DNA of 64,000 nucleotides from Octopus bimaculoides (taxonomy: Eukaryota), in contig NC_068987.1 in NCBI RefSeq assembly GCF_001194135.2, positions 106,128,499 to 106,192,498 on the forward strand. Direction: 5' to 3'. The translations under genes and the position numbers were made by a program. The notes beneath the pieces were generated by a model. That model saw only the letters and a list, made by a program, of their open reading frames with translations. It searched no databases and was not told where the DNA came from. Positions 14,572-27,314 of the stretch are shown here, piece by piece (position 1 is the first letter of the stretch; every line of letters begins with the position of its first letter).

Positions 14572-15059
14572 NNNNNNNNNNNNNNNNNNNNNNNNNNNNN
14601 NNNNNNNNNNNNNNNNNNNNNNNNNNNNNNNNNNNNNNNNNNNNNNNNNNNNNNNNNNNNNNNNNNNNNNNNNNNNNNNNNNNNNNNNNNNNNNNNNNNN
14701 NNNNNNNNNNNNNNNNNNNNNNNNNNNNNNNNNNNNNNNNNNNNNNNNNNNNNNNNNNNNNNNNNNNNNNNNNNNNNNNNNNNNNNNNNNNNNNNNNNNN
14801 NNNNNNNNNNNNNNNNNNNNNNNNNNNNNNNNNNNNNNNNNNNNNNNNNNNNNNNNNNNNNNNNNNNNNNNNNNNNNNNNNNNNNNNNNNNNNNNNNNNN
14901 NNNNNNNNNNNNNNNNNNNNNNNNNNNNNNNNNNNNNNNNNNNNNNNNNNNNNNNNNNNNNNNNNNNNNNNNNNNNNNNNNNNNNNNNNNNNNNNNNNNN
15001 NNNNNNNNNNNNNNNNNNNNNNNNNNNNNNNNNNNNNNNNNNNNNNNNNNNNNNNNNNN

Positions 15060-15109
<50 letters not shown>

Positions 15110-15115
<6 letters not shown>

Positions 15116-15300
15116 CTTTGTGTTTGTTCCTCATCACCGCTTGAGAAAGGGTGTTTGTTTGTTTAGTTTCTGCAACTTAGCGATTCGGCCAAAAAAAAAG
15201 ACAGAATAAGTACTAGGCTTCAAAAAAATGTACTGGAATCGATTCGCTCGAAACCAACGCTTCAAGACAGTGGCACCAGTATGGCCGCAATCTAAAAATT
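15110..15300 (+). mobile_element. SINE family A, 3' half
   Basis: AACTTAGCGATTCGGC..AGAATAAGTACTAGGCTT..GGCACCAGTATGGCCGCA matches the tails of other copies. Confidence 0.7.
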
Positions 15301-16826
15301 GGAAGACATCAAAACGAAAAATGATGGTATCATTGCTGATAATCTAAAGTTCGGGAACTCTGTGTAATAACTTACTTTTGCCAGCTACACTGCAATAGGC
15401 ATGTTTCACTTGCAGCAGTTTAATAAGCAGTTGTCATATGGTCAATAATACAGTTCTCGGTATTGCTACAGAGGTAAGCTGCACCTCCTATTTCCACTAC
15501 AGCAATAACTACCAAAAATATCATCCCACTTTTTATCATCCCCACGTATTTTACAGTGAAAATTGTAAAATAGAAACAGTTAATTAATGAAATTTAAGCA
15601 GAAACACAACGATGACGGTACACGTTCGAAGAACAAATTCGAAGATCTACGATGAAAGGAGGCGTGTATAGATCTACTTGCATTCACAATTTACTTTGTG
15701 TCTCTTGCAGACTGATTTCGTATTATATCTGAAACAAAAATATATATGTAATACTGGTAAACGAATTGTTGTTTTGAACGTGTAAGCCAAGAAACTTAAT
15801 TTACTCTTCTCTTTTTTTTTTAAGAACAACTGTTCTGTATGGACTACAAAACTGCTGACGGAACGCAAATGCTGCTGTTGATTTCATTATGTAAAAAAAT
15901 AAAAAATGAAAAAAAGGAAAATAGAACAAAATGAAAATCGAATGGAAAACCAGGAATCCATTGATATAGTTCATTCCTTCAGAGATATGATTTCATTGAT
16001 AAAACGCTGGAGTCTGCTTTGCGTTGAAAATTTCGTTGCCCTGATTTTATTATTAATATCATGGCGAATGTATTTTTTAGCTTCGCTTTATTTTTACACA
16101 CAAATGTTTGGTGTTCATTTTTTTACTTTTTCACTGCATTTGGTCAGTAGACTGCGGTCATGCTGAAGCACTGCCTACTAGAGGGTTTCCTTGTTTAGTG
16201 GTATAATATTTCGAATCCTGTGTTAATTTTACTCGCACTGATACGTCTTTTCTTTTTTCTTTTTCTATCAAATGTATGTTTAGAGTATGTCGTGTTATCT
16301 TTGAATGCCAAAGTGTGTAATGTGACGCACCGTTTTCTACAGGTATATTCCAACACAAACATTTTCTTACACGCATAGACATCAGCTATATATACATTTG
16401 TATATGATTATATAAAAGCCTGTCTGTATATATATATGAGACATAAGTATCAAGTTTATATTACAGTTCTTATGCGTGGTTTGCCATTATGGCTGTTTGG
16501 AACATCAGGGTATACTTAATTGTGTTAACTTAGAGATAGTGGACATAGTTATCTGTAACTTAATGCAATGAAGTATTACTTCATTCTTTATGGTTGGGCG
16601 TCTAAATCCATTTGGAGCACATTTTGCTATGCTCCACACAACTATAATGTTCAAGCGTGCGTAGGAACTGTAATATATACTTTTGCTTCTCCTTATTTCT
16701 CCTACAGTTTCTCTATAGCCATACTACTCAGTATAGAAAATACTTAGCAGCCACAGACGCCGACTGGTTTGTGATAATCTACGTAGAGGTTTAAACACGA
16801 CAATGGTCGTCGCAAATCTATTTGTA

Positions 16827-16876
<50 letters not shown>

Positions 16877-16906
16877 CACGCATACGTGTGTATGTGTGCG
16901 TGTGTG

Positions 16907-16938
<32 letters not shown>

Positions 16939-17143
16939 CAAGTACGTATGTATGTTTCTATCTATGTTTGTGTGTATTTATGTATGCCTGTATACATACA
17001 CTAAAGATATGGCATATATTAAGGGATATAAAACATGCCTAGCTTGCTTTTTTTGTATTCCTTCACGTGTGCCATGAATCTTTCTACGATGTACCACTTG
17101 ATTGTATGTGGCGTAGATTTGGTTTTGAAGCCCTATACCTGGA

Positions 17144-17195
17144 GGAATAACATGGAATAACATGGAATAACATGGAATAACATGGAATAACATGG
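17144..17195. repeat. Perfect 10-bp tandem repeat (GGAATAACAT)x5
   Basis: Directly visible. Confidence 0.95.
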
Positions 17196-17407
17196 CCATT
17201 TACAGATTGTTTTAAGCCCAGCCATCTTAAACCCAACACTCTCAAATCGGGTTAGTAGCCAAAACGTTACTCAGGAATATTAATATCAAAATCACAGGGA
17301 CCACTATGGTACAACAATGAGATAATAACAATATTGTAACAAATTGGTTTAAGAATTTCAAGGTTAAGCTTAGGGCTAGATTTTAACAGCTTTACATTCT
17401 TTTCAAC

Positions 17408-17570
17408 TCTAGGTACAAGGCCCAAATTTTCTGGGGGAGGTGGCTAGTGGATTAGATCGACCCAGTACAAAGTCGACCTCGACAGAATTTGAACTCATAA
17501 AGTAAAGACAAACGAAATACCGCTAAGCATTTCGCCCGGCGTGCTAACGTTTCTGCCTGTTCGTCGCCTT
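17408..17570 (-). mobile_element. SINE family B with internal deletion
   Basis: Reverse complement of the 5990 copy, lacking the central ~40 nt (TTTCATCCTTT...GATAAATTAAGTA segment). Confidence 0.8.
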
Positions 17571-17642
17571 TTAACAGATTTATATTACAAGCGTTTATAT
17601 ACCGAGATCGCTGCTTGGTAAGGCGATTGAGTTTGCAGAATA

Positions 17643-18804
17643 ATATGTTGATATAGATCATATAGACCTAGACTTTATGATGTATGCAAGAAACAAAAAA
17701 CTCTTCTATTTAGTAAAAGCTCAGCATTAGTAAAAAAAAAAAATCCGATCTTGATGAATTGTTGTATATATCATGATATCGTATGATAGTCGTAACATCT
17801 GCGATCTTGTAGGTATATTTATATTCCATACACTGAAATCCAAGTTGCCATTCCCCAAAGTTGATCTATATCGAGACGATGGATTGGGAATTTCCCATGG
17901 CTGTGGTGGTCATACTCTTGAAAAATTTAGGAAAATTTAGGAAAAATCTCATCGTTACATTTAGATGTTTCCCTCGATCTAAACTCTTACTCTTATAAAC
18001 CGGACCATAAGCCTAACGAGAAAATTTACTGCATACATAAACAGATCTTCCACCCCTTATAGTATTTAAAAACCTGATAGCTAGCATTAGTAATAAGATA
18101 TTCAATCTTTCTTATGTTACAGAAATTGTTGATAAGGTAGCTTTACTCAAACAATGCCCTAGCTAACAGTGACTTCAAATATATTATATACTGCAACACT
18201 TCTAATAATAATATGAATCGTCAAAATACATCTAAGAACAGAGCGAAGAATAAGCAACTCTTCTTCGCAAACATTAAAATAAATGAAGGCAAGAGAAAAT
18301 CACAAATACATAAAGATCTTCAACAGGCGCTCAGATAGAACATCACGTAGCGCCTGCCTCGATAGGAAGAGCATCATCACTCGTGAACACCACCAAGAAG
18401 CTACTCTCAATTCTAACTCCCGAGACTCTGAAGCTGGCCCACTTCGCCAGGCGAGCCTGATACATTACGTTGTATATGAGGTAGAAGTAACAGCAATGCT
18501 ACAGGATGACCTAACGAAAAAGAAGAATTACATCCGATTAGGTGAAGACGAGTTCAAAAGACGCTGTGCTAAACACATATCTACTTTCCGGCATATGGAC
18601 AAGCCACGTGTGGATCTTCAAGACCAACTCCTCGCAACAACAAACCGTGTGAAAATTCCTTGTTATATGTTGATGGATATAGATCATATTGACCTAGACT
18701 TTATGATGTATGCGAGAAAAAAAACTCTTCTATTTAATAAAAGCTCAGCATTGGTAAAAAGAAATCCGATCCCGATGAATTGTTGTATATATGATGAGAT
18801 CGTA
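17643..18804 (+). mobile_element. Penelope-like retroelement, 5'-truncated: RT C-terminal half, thumb and GIY-YIG endonuclease, preceded by a tandem copy of its own 3' end
   Basis: In-frame SYDSRNICDLVGIFIF...VDLYRDDGLG (YRDD at 17869-17880). Then LDVSLDLNSYSYKPDHKPN (thumb). Then VVYEVEV...NYIRLGEDEFKRRCAKHISTFRH (18469-18600, GIY-YIG) and KKTLLFNKSSALV. Direct repeats at 17643-17783 and 18665-18804. Frameshifts and stops are present. Confidence 0.85.
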
Positions 18805-18879
18805 GGAGAGCTTCTTTGTATTTGTCTGTCCTTGTTTGTCCCCTCTTTGTAAGGCCTTAATGGCCAATATGTAAGAAAT

Positions 18880-19100
18880 AAAGAAGCTTGCTTCCTAATC
18901 ACATGGTTCCGCGTTCTGTCCAACTGCGTGACGCCTTAGGCAACTGTCTTCTACTATAACCTTAGGCCGACCAAATTTTTGTCAGTGGATTTGGCAGATG
19001 GAAACTGAAAGAGGCCCGTCATGTATATATATATATATATATATATATACACGTATATATCTCTGTGTGTGTCTGTGTTTGTCCCTCCACCATCGCTTGT
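18880..19100 (+). mobile_element. SINE family A, 5' half
   Basis: AGCTTGCTTCCTAATCACATGGTTCC...GTGGATTTGGCAGATGGAAACTGAAAGAGGCCCGTC followed by (TA)n. Confidence 0.75.
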
Positions 19101-19888
19101 AAAAATCTTCACCTACAATTTGAAGACCGTGAAAGTCTTCCAATATACATATTTTAAACTGCTTAACCAGAGTTTATCATATAAACTCACTGGCCGTTTT
19201 TGCCTTTGGCTGTCACTTTTGCGTAATTTATTCTGACATTTAACAATATTACATCACAATAGTTGGCTATGATATTTCATTATTGGATTGATATCCATAT
19301 CATCATATATAAGTCACTTAGAATGAATTGGACACAACGGTGTCTTAGAATACACTTGACCAGAATCCTGCACGTTTGAATCGATCTCGAGCCTCATATT
19401 TACAAACCGAACGTATAACTAATATAATATACTGACTAAAATATTTTAAAGTAGGTTTAATATTTGAGATCTTTCTACGCACACTAGCATTTCTACGTAT
19501 AGCAAGGTATTCAGCTTGAAATAACATACAAGCTATTCTCCAATTTTTCTTCTACTCACGTTGATGGCTTCTTGGCCTTACACTGTTCTGGACAGAGTTT
19601 GTTTCATACAATTTATTCCCTCTGCATATCTCTGACATTTTGGATAGAAATCTTCTTATTAAATCCTTCTTACGAACCAATCTAAATGTTTTGTTATCGT
19701 TTAGAACTTCGCTTAGGCTTTCAGGAGCCTCTTGCATATATTACTAATTAATTTCGGCTGCTTGTACAATAGCCGTTCAAAATGTTGCTGAAACCTGGGA
19801 TATTGATACAAAACCTAACGATGCATAGGAATCGCTTTACATTTATACAAACGAATAAAGGACTGACGAAATAAATTTACGTTTGTTA

Positions 19889-19941
<53 letters not shown>

Positions 19942-19943
<2 letters not shown>

Positions 19944-20394
19944 GGGTGATTGATAAGTAACCCCATAATTTTAAATACTTATAAATTATTTTTGAAGTAT
20001 GAGAATTTAATCTGTAGTCGTTCGTGAATTTAATCTCCTGTCGTTCTCCGGGAGATAGATGGGTCACTGTGTTCTGCATGAGTGGCCAACTAGAATCCGG
20101 ATTTGACAACTGTAGCTTCTTTCTTTGGGGATGGTTAGAGGCACAAGTCTGCTATGCCAAAGCAAAGACTTTGGAAAAACTTGAAGGGCTAATACAAAAA
20201 GTTATATCTTCTTCCATCCCACAGAGTTTCTGTTGAAATCAGTTGACACAATTCCTGGGCGATCCAAGAAGCTGGTGGCAACGTCTGGACCCCATATCGA
20301 ATTTTAAATAAAACCTCATGCTAAAAGATTTCTTCTCATATCCATTTTTATGTAAACAATTATAAGCATTTAAAAATAGTTTTCAATCACCCTA
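19942..20394 (+). mobile_element. Internally deleted Tc1/mariner (Tc3-like) element with TIRs
   Basis: TIRs AGGGTGATTGA (19943) and TCAATCACCCT (20383-20393). Internal frame-broken HEWPTRI.DLT..FFLWGWLEAQVCYAKAKTLEKLEGLIQ matches the WPxRSPDLTPxDFFLWG transposase C-terminus. Confidence 0.85.
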
Positions 20395-20395
20395 A

Positions 20396-20776
20396 TTACT
20401 TCAGTCCTTTGACTGCAGATATTCTGGAGCACCGCCTTGGAAGGAATTAATCGAACAAATTGACCCCAGGACTTCTTCTTTTTAAAAGCCTAGTACTTAT
20501 TCTATCGGCTATTCTGCAAAATTGCGAAATTACAAGGGCGTAAACTAACCAGCACCGGTTGTGAAGCTGTGATAGGAGGCAAACGCAGACACACAGACAC
20601 GCACACATACATATATACATATATGTATATACGACGGGCTTCTTTCAGTTTCTGTCCTCCAAATTCACACACAAGGCTTTGGTCGGCCCGTGACTATAAT
20701 AGAAGACACTTACCCAAGGACTGAATGTGGAAATCATGTGTCTGGAAACAAGCTTCTTACCACACATCCAGGCCTG
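20396..20776 (-). mobile_element. SINE family A, near full length
   Basis: Colinear with the 26375-26788 copy; directly abuts the right TIR of the mariner derivative. Confidence 0.85.
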
Positions 20777-21011
20777 CGATTCTATATGCATATAACTTTG
20801 AATTATAAGAAATTCTAAGAAAATAAAAATCAACGATATTGGTACTGAATCCATGTGTTTTGGTTAGGTAATTATTAGCAGCGAGATTGCGTCAGGGAAA
20901 AAGTCCTTTTAAAACGCCAACTTTTGAAGAATGCTCTGAATGCAGGGATTTCTAATATTCGGCTTTTAAAGGACCTCAACCCACAGTTAATAAGCTAACC
21001 ACATCAATTCA

Positions 21012-21215
21012 GAAAACACCTGGATAACTACATTGATTAACAGACCAAACTCCATCTTCTATCAGCATGCTGTAGATTCCCACAATCGCTCCTTAGGGAG
21101 ATTTAAGTAAGACATCCTATATATACATGCTACTGATTCAATGCTGAGACAATTTACCGAAGCTGTCTGTATACAGGAATACAAACCCATACTCAACCGT
21201 AAATCCGAATGGGGT
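21012..21215 (+). mobile_element. PLE GIY-YIG C-terminal fragment (second lineage)
   Basis: NSIFYQHAVDSHNRSLGRFK*DILYIHATDSMLRQFTEAVCIQEYKPILNRKSEWG. The 'RQxxEAVxI...P.LNRKxEWG' ending is typical of PLE endonuclease C-termini. Confidence 0.7.
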
Positions 21216-22719
21216 ACACCCAGATTCCACTCGGGAGCATCCATCTATAATCACCCAGTTCCCACATTTACATGTAGAAATTCATGCATACTTGTAGAGA
21301 TGCATGATACCGAAATATATATAATTATATATAGTCATACGAGTGTACAAAGATTAATATATATGTACATATGTGTGATGTGTATTTTAGCGTGTATGTG
21401 TCTGTATGAGTGTACATATGCATGTACGTATGGGAATGTATATATATATATATNNNNNNNNNNNNNNNNNNNNNNNNNNNNNNNNNNNNNNNNNNNNNNN
21501 NNNNNNNNNNNNNNNNNNNNNNNNNNNNNNNNNNNNNNNNNNNNNNNNNNNNNNNNNNNNNNNNNNNNNNNNNNNNNNNNNNNNNNNNNNNNNNNNNNNN
21601 NNNNNNNNNNNNNNNNNNNNNNNNNNNNNNNNNNNNNNNNNNNNNNNNNNNNNNNNNNNNNNNNNNNNNNNNNNNNNNNNNNNNNNNNNNNNNNNNNNNN
21701 NNNNNNNNNNNNNNNNNNNNNNNNNNNNNNNNNNNNNNNNNNNNNNNNNNNNNNNNNNNNNNNNNNNNNNNNNNNNNNNNNNNNNNNNNNNNNNNNNNNN
21801 NNNNNNNNNNNNNNNNNNNNNNNNNNNNNNNNNNNNNNNNNNNNNNNNNNNNNNNNNNNNNNNNNNNNNNNNNNNNNNNNNNNNNNNNNNNNNNNNNNNN
21901 NNNNNNNNNNNNNNNNNNNNNNNNNNNNNNNNNNNNNNNNNNNNNNNNNNNNNNNNNNNNNNNNNNNNNNNNNNNNNNNNNNNNNNNNNNNNNNNNNNNN
22001 NNNNNNNNNNNNNNNNNNNNNNNNNNNNNNNNNNNNNNNNNNNNNNNNNNNNNGGGAAGATCCAGTACTTCCCTTCATCGGAGACAGAAAATATAAAGTT
22101 ATCTATTATTATATCCATAGGCGGATATTTTTAGTATGAAGTGGTAAAGAGTGTGATGTGCTGAAAAAAAAGAGAACAGTACTTGAAGAGTAGTTTCATT
22201 CCAGTGGTAAATATCCGTGTAGAAATTCGTGCAGACTAATCCTTGTGTGAATAATCCGGAAATTTATGTTGGAACGAAAGTTGATATAGCTTAGGTGGCA
22301 GAGGTATATATATTCCATCTTGCAATAGATTTTTGCTTGTTTACTTGAAGGATGTCCAAGCCAAGTATACGCAACCTTATATATAAGCAACCTTCGACAG
22401 AGTAACAGTTATATATACAACCTCAACAGGCACACATATCAGTACATAAACATACGTTTACATGTACATGCACATATACACATGCATACGCATGGACACA
22501 TATACATTCATACATGCACACATATATAAACATATATATATCCTGAACTAGCTGTCACTTTCAAAGATGCGTCAGTGGACAGGTTTCAAAGCGACACAAA
22601 TATTTTGACACAAATTAAATTTAAATGTTAAAGTGAAACTAACAGTTTTTGTGTGTTCCTAAATGACTTACAAACATCTTCCACACTCCAATTGTATATA
22701 TATATTATTTTATTCTTTT

Positions 22720-22923
22720 ACTTGTTTCAGTCATTTGACTGCGACCATGTTGAAGTACCGCCTTTTAGTCGAACAAATCATCATCAAGACTTATTATTTG
22801 TAAGCTTAATACTTGTCTAATGGTTTCTTTTACCGAACCACTAAGTTACGGGGACGTAAACTCACCGACATCGGTTGTCAAACGATGGTGGCGAAACAAA
22901 CACAAACATACAAATATATACAT

Positions 22924-22930
<7 letters not shown>
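22720..22930 (-). mobile_element. SINE family A, 3' half (head probably in the gap)
   Basis: CTTTTACTTGTTTCAGTCATTTGACTGCGACCATG...CCGAACCACTAAGTTACGGGGACGTAAAC. Confidence 0.8.
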
Positions 22931-22986
<56 letters not shown>

Positions 22987-23463
22987 NNNNNNNNNNNNNN
23001 NNNNNNNNNNNNNNNNNNNNNNNNNNNNNNNNNNNNNNNNNNNNNNNNNNNNNNNNNNNNNNNNNNNNNNNNNNNNNNNNNNNNNNNNNNNNNNNNNNNN
23101 NNNNNNNNNNNNNNNNNNNNNNNNNNNNNNNNNNNNNNNNNNNNNNNNNNNNNNNNNNNNNNNNNNNNNNNNNNNNNNNNNNNNNNNNNNNNNNNNNNNN
23201 NNNNNNNNNNNNNNNNNNNNNNNNNNNNNNNNNNNNNNNNNNNNNNNNNNNNNNNNNNNNNNNNNNNNNNNNNNNNNNNNNNNNNNNNNNNNNNNNNNNN
23301 NNNNNNNNNNNNNNNNNNNNNNNNNNNNNNNNNNNNNNNNNNNNNNNNNNNNNNNNNNNNNNNNNNNNNNNNNNNNNNNNNNNNNNNNNNNNNNNNNNNN
23401 NNNNNNNNNNNNNNNNNNNNNNNNNNNNNNNNNNNNNNNNNNNNNNNNNNNNNNNNNNNNNNN

Positions 23464-23540
<77 letters not shown>

Positions 23541-23749
23541 ATGTATGCAAGTGGGTGCATGTGTGTGTATGTGTTTGTTATGTAAGCAGGTATATTTTTT
23601 ACTAATTCCATTCCTCGTAGCACTCATGCTCATGGTAGATCCAAACGGGATAAGGAGGAGATTGCTTATTTTAGTTGGTGGCATGTTTTCTTAATCAAGA
23701 GATCAATCGAGTCGATAGTTTCCAGGAAATGATATGATGAACAATAAGT

Positions 23750-24601
23750 GATTACATGGAAAAATGCGACCAAGAGAAATAATATTCTTAAGATTATAAA
23801 TCTGGAAAATTACAGGACAAGTTATTACACTTGGAAAAGTTCAGGACAACGTATTACATCTGGTGAAGTACAGGACAAGAACATTTTTACGTAAAATATT
23901 GCAGCTAAGGATAAATTTTCAAATAAAATATTTAGATTTAGAAAATAGTAGCCTTTATTAAAACTAAAACGTTTATTACAAATTATTAATTATATTTGTT
24001 ATTACTTGTTACTTTAATTAAAAATAAAAAACAACTCTAAATATTTTTAGCACTTTAGAAAATTCATTTTTTAATTATTAATTAATAAGAAGAAATTTGA
24101 AAATAGGTTGTCAAAAAATACAAGTAGCACACGATTAGTTAGTACAATAAATAGGATAATGCAAAATTAGTTATATATTACAGTAAAATCTACTTATAGA
24201 AACAAATTCACAGTAAAATTTGCTTGGGTTATTGCCTAAATTATTGCCAAGTCTTCACATTTTTAGTCTTGACTCAATGCCTATTTTTTACATGATGAAT
24301 TTGCCTACCATATAAACTACTATACTTTGGATAAAACTCTATTGGTACTTAGGCTCTCATTCTTTAAGTATTCTAGTTTGTCAATATTTGAACAAAATGA
24401 TAGTATAATTTTTAATTATAATGTTACTTAGTGAATTAAAATCAAATAATTTTTAATATTCAAATGTTATCCTTAGCTGCAATATTTTAAGTAAAAATTC
24501 TCTTGTTCTGTACTTTACCAGATGTAATAAGTTGTCCTATAGCTTTCCAGGTTTATAATCTTAAGAATATCATTTCTCTAACTCGCATTTTCCATGTAAT
24601 C
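23750..24601. mobile_element. Non-autonomous long-TIR (foldback/MITE-like) element
   Basis: Inverted repeats at 23750-23925 and 24457-24601, roughly 85% identical by eye, containing 29-bp subrepeats (3 left, 2 right). AT-rich non-coding core. Confidence 0.75.
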
Positions 24602-25456
24602 CATGTTTGTTTTCCAGGCTATGCTCTTATGCTAATTAATAATGTGTCAAATGTGTCAGCGGTATCGTTGATAATTTTTTTCTTTATCTGAATGACGCCG
24701 GTGACATATATCAAAAGTCCTCTAATAGAAAATAAGTATAGAGCTACATTATCACCCTCAAATTTGAGAAACAAACACTCATAACGTTTTTGTATACAAA
24801 CTTCATGGCATGAGATTGATACCATGAAATTTCTCGAATTGAGCTCTATCATTTAAGCTTAATTATAATATAGATTGTTTTTATGATAAAAACTTAATTA
24901 AACTTAAATCCAATTTTTTGCCTTATATTTCAATTTTTAATGATATTTTACCTACAAAATTTTTTGATACAATTTTTTGATACAAATTTTTGTCGCATGG
25001 GACAAAAACTATGAAATCCTTTATGCCTTCTATCATTTAAGCAAAGATAAATGTATTGTGCTTTTAAAATAAAACGAAAAGTTATTTAGATCTGAACTCT
25101 ATGTGGTGGCATTACTTAATCTCCTATTACGTCGCTGAAAATCTTGATATACACTTTTTTTCTATTGGACCAAATCCCAATTTTCTTATGCCAAAATATT
25201 ACTAGGGACCAGTCCACTTCAAAAATATTAACAGGTTTCAATTTGATTAAGAACTGAATTAGCGATCAGCTCTAAAAGATGCTGTATATGAGGAAATTGT
25301 GGCCTTAAGAATATTATTCAACTACTACCGTGTTTGAATGATACTATTTTATAAGTCCGTAAACATAGTGAACGCAAAGCACAAACACATACATACATAC
25401 ATACATACATACATACATACATACATACATACATGCATACACGCATACATACATAC

Positions 25457-25497
<41 letters not shown>

Positions 25498-26374
25498 ATC
25501 TCTCTCTACCTCTCTCTCTCACTCTTTGTATACACATATATATTTATATATAGATAAATAGACAGATATATACATATATATACATTCATACATACATAAA
25601 TCATACACGTACAAAAGCAAACATGCGTATTATGCATCCGCACATACATGCGTAAACATGTGGGTCTAAATGCTTTGGTATATACATGTGTCCACATCCA
25701 TTTTACTAATGCCTACATGTCTCTATGTGCAATTCTCACATGCTAAATTTCAGTGATGTGTTACATATATTCAAAACGCGTTTAATATCTTGTATCCGTA
25801 ATTATAGAACTATCTGTTTCCACCTACTTTTTTGTGAATCAATGATTTCATTGTTATTCCTGTTCTTGCATGCAAAATTAAACCTTTTCAAAATGAGGCC
25901 TCTAATCCTGGGTATGAATATCATCAAAGAAATAATCAGATTTTTCCCAAGGCTCATGGTTACGACGTTAATGCTGGAGATAATATACATCGTATTAGCA
26001 GTGGACAGTACCAATCGCCAATCGTTAATGTGAGTTGTCTCGAAAACAAAACTGTAATTTATTCGTTTCATTTACTTTGTTTAGATTATTCATGTTTTCC
26101 CCTGATTTCCTGGAAGTTTATTTGGGAAAATAATGCTCTTAATTCCAATCTTAAACTTTCAGGATGAACTTATCCTCAAGGTGAAGTTAATGTATGTTAT
26201 CATCTCTTTATGACATGTCAGAGAAATGTGATTGTTATGAGGACTAGAAATTGGATCGTTAAATTTACTCGTCATCAGTTCGATGTTTATGTTTGTAAGT
26301 GATGAATATATGTTGTATGTGCGTTTATTCTAGCATCGTTTCATGCTGGGTTTATTACTTCCATCATTAATCAA

Positions 26375-26788
26375 TCTTTTACTCTTTTACTTGTTTCAGT
26401 CATTTGACTGTGGCCATGCTGGAGCACCGCTTTTTATCGAGCAAATCGACCAAAGGACTTATTCTTTGTATGCCTAGTACTTATTCTATCGATCGCTTAT
26501 GCCGAACCGCTAAGTTACGGGGACGTAAACACACCAGCATCGGTTGTCAAGTGATGTTGGGGGACAACAACAGACACACAAACATACACACACACACACA
26601 CAAACATATATATATACACATATATACGACGGGCTTCTTTCACTTTCTGTCTACCAAATCCGCTCACAAGGCTTTGGTCAGCCCGAGGCTATAGTAGAAG
26701 ACACTTGCCCAAGGTGCCACACAGTGGGACTGAACCCGGAACCATGTGGTTGGTAGCAAGCTACTTACCACACAGCCACTCCTGCGCC
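26375..26788 (-). mobile_element. SINE family A, best-preserved full-length copy
   Basis: Minus strand reads GGAGTGGCTGTGTGGTAAGTAGCTTGC (A-box-like), GGTTCCGGGTTCAGTCCC (B-box-like), an internal microsatellite, and the tail GACTGAAACAAGTAAAAGAGTAAAAGA. Confidence 0.9.
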
Positions 26789-27314
26789 TATATTTGTGAT
26801 GTAGTACGTGGATATGATGTTCCCTAATGTTTCCCGATACATTTATTTTTGTGATGTGTTGAGTGATGTTGTAATGTTCCTTATTGTAAGAGCATGGGCC
26901 ACCGTCGTACTTCTACAGAGAATAGGACTATCAGAATCATACTGGTCACAATTTTCTTCGCATGTAATCGAATTTAGAAATAACATCGGTTATTCGAAAA
27001 CTGTTCGGCGCTTTACATATATAATGTTTTAATCTTAGAGTTTGTTCCGATTTTCGTAGAATACCTTTCCAAATTTATCGATAGATCTAATACTTTTGTG
27101 TTCTGCTTTCAGAGATGTTTGTGTTCAGCTATACGAACGTAGGCTCGCATTTGCTTCCTTTAATACATTTTAGTAGTTTCGTGTATTGTAGTATCTAAGG
27201 TGTTTGTCATGCAACATTACTTCATGCATTATGCTAATATAGGGAATACTTTTCAGGTGTATTTCTAAGTTTGCAGACATAATCAAGTGCGGCGCTTTTG
27301 GATGCATTCTTTCA

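Noticed and set aside
26700-26788. tRNA gene (A/B boxes)
   Set aside because: It is the tRNA-derived head of a multicopy SINE; no cloverleaf or terminator.
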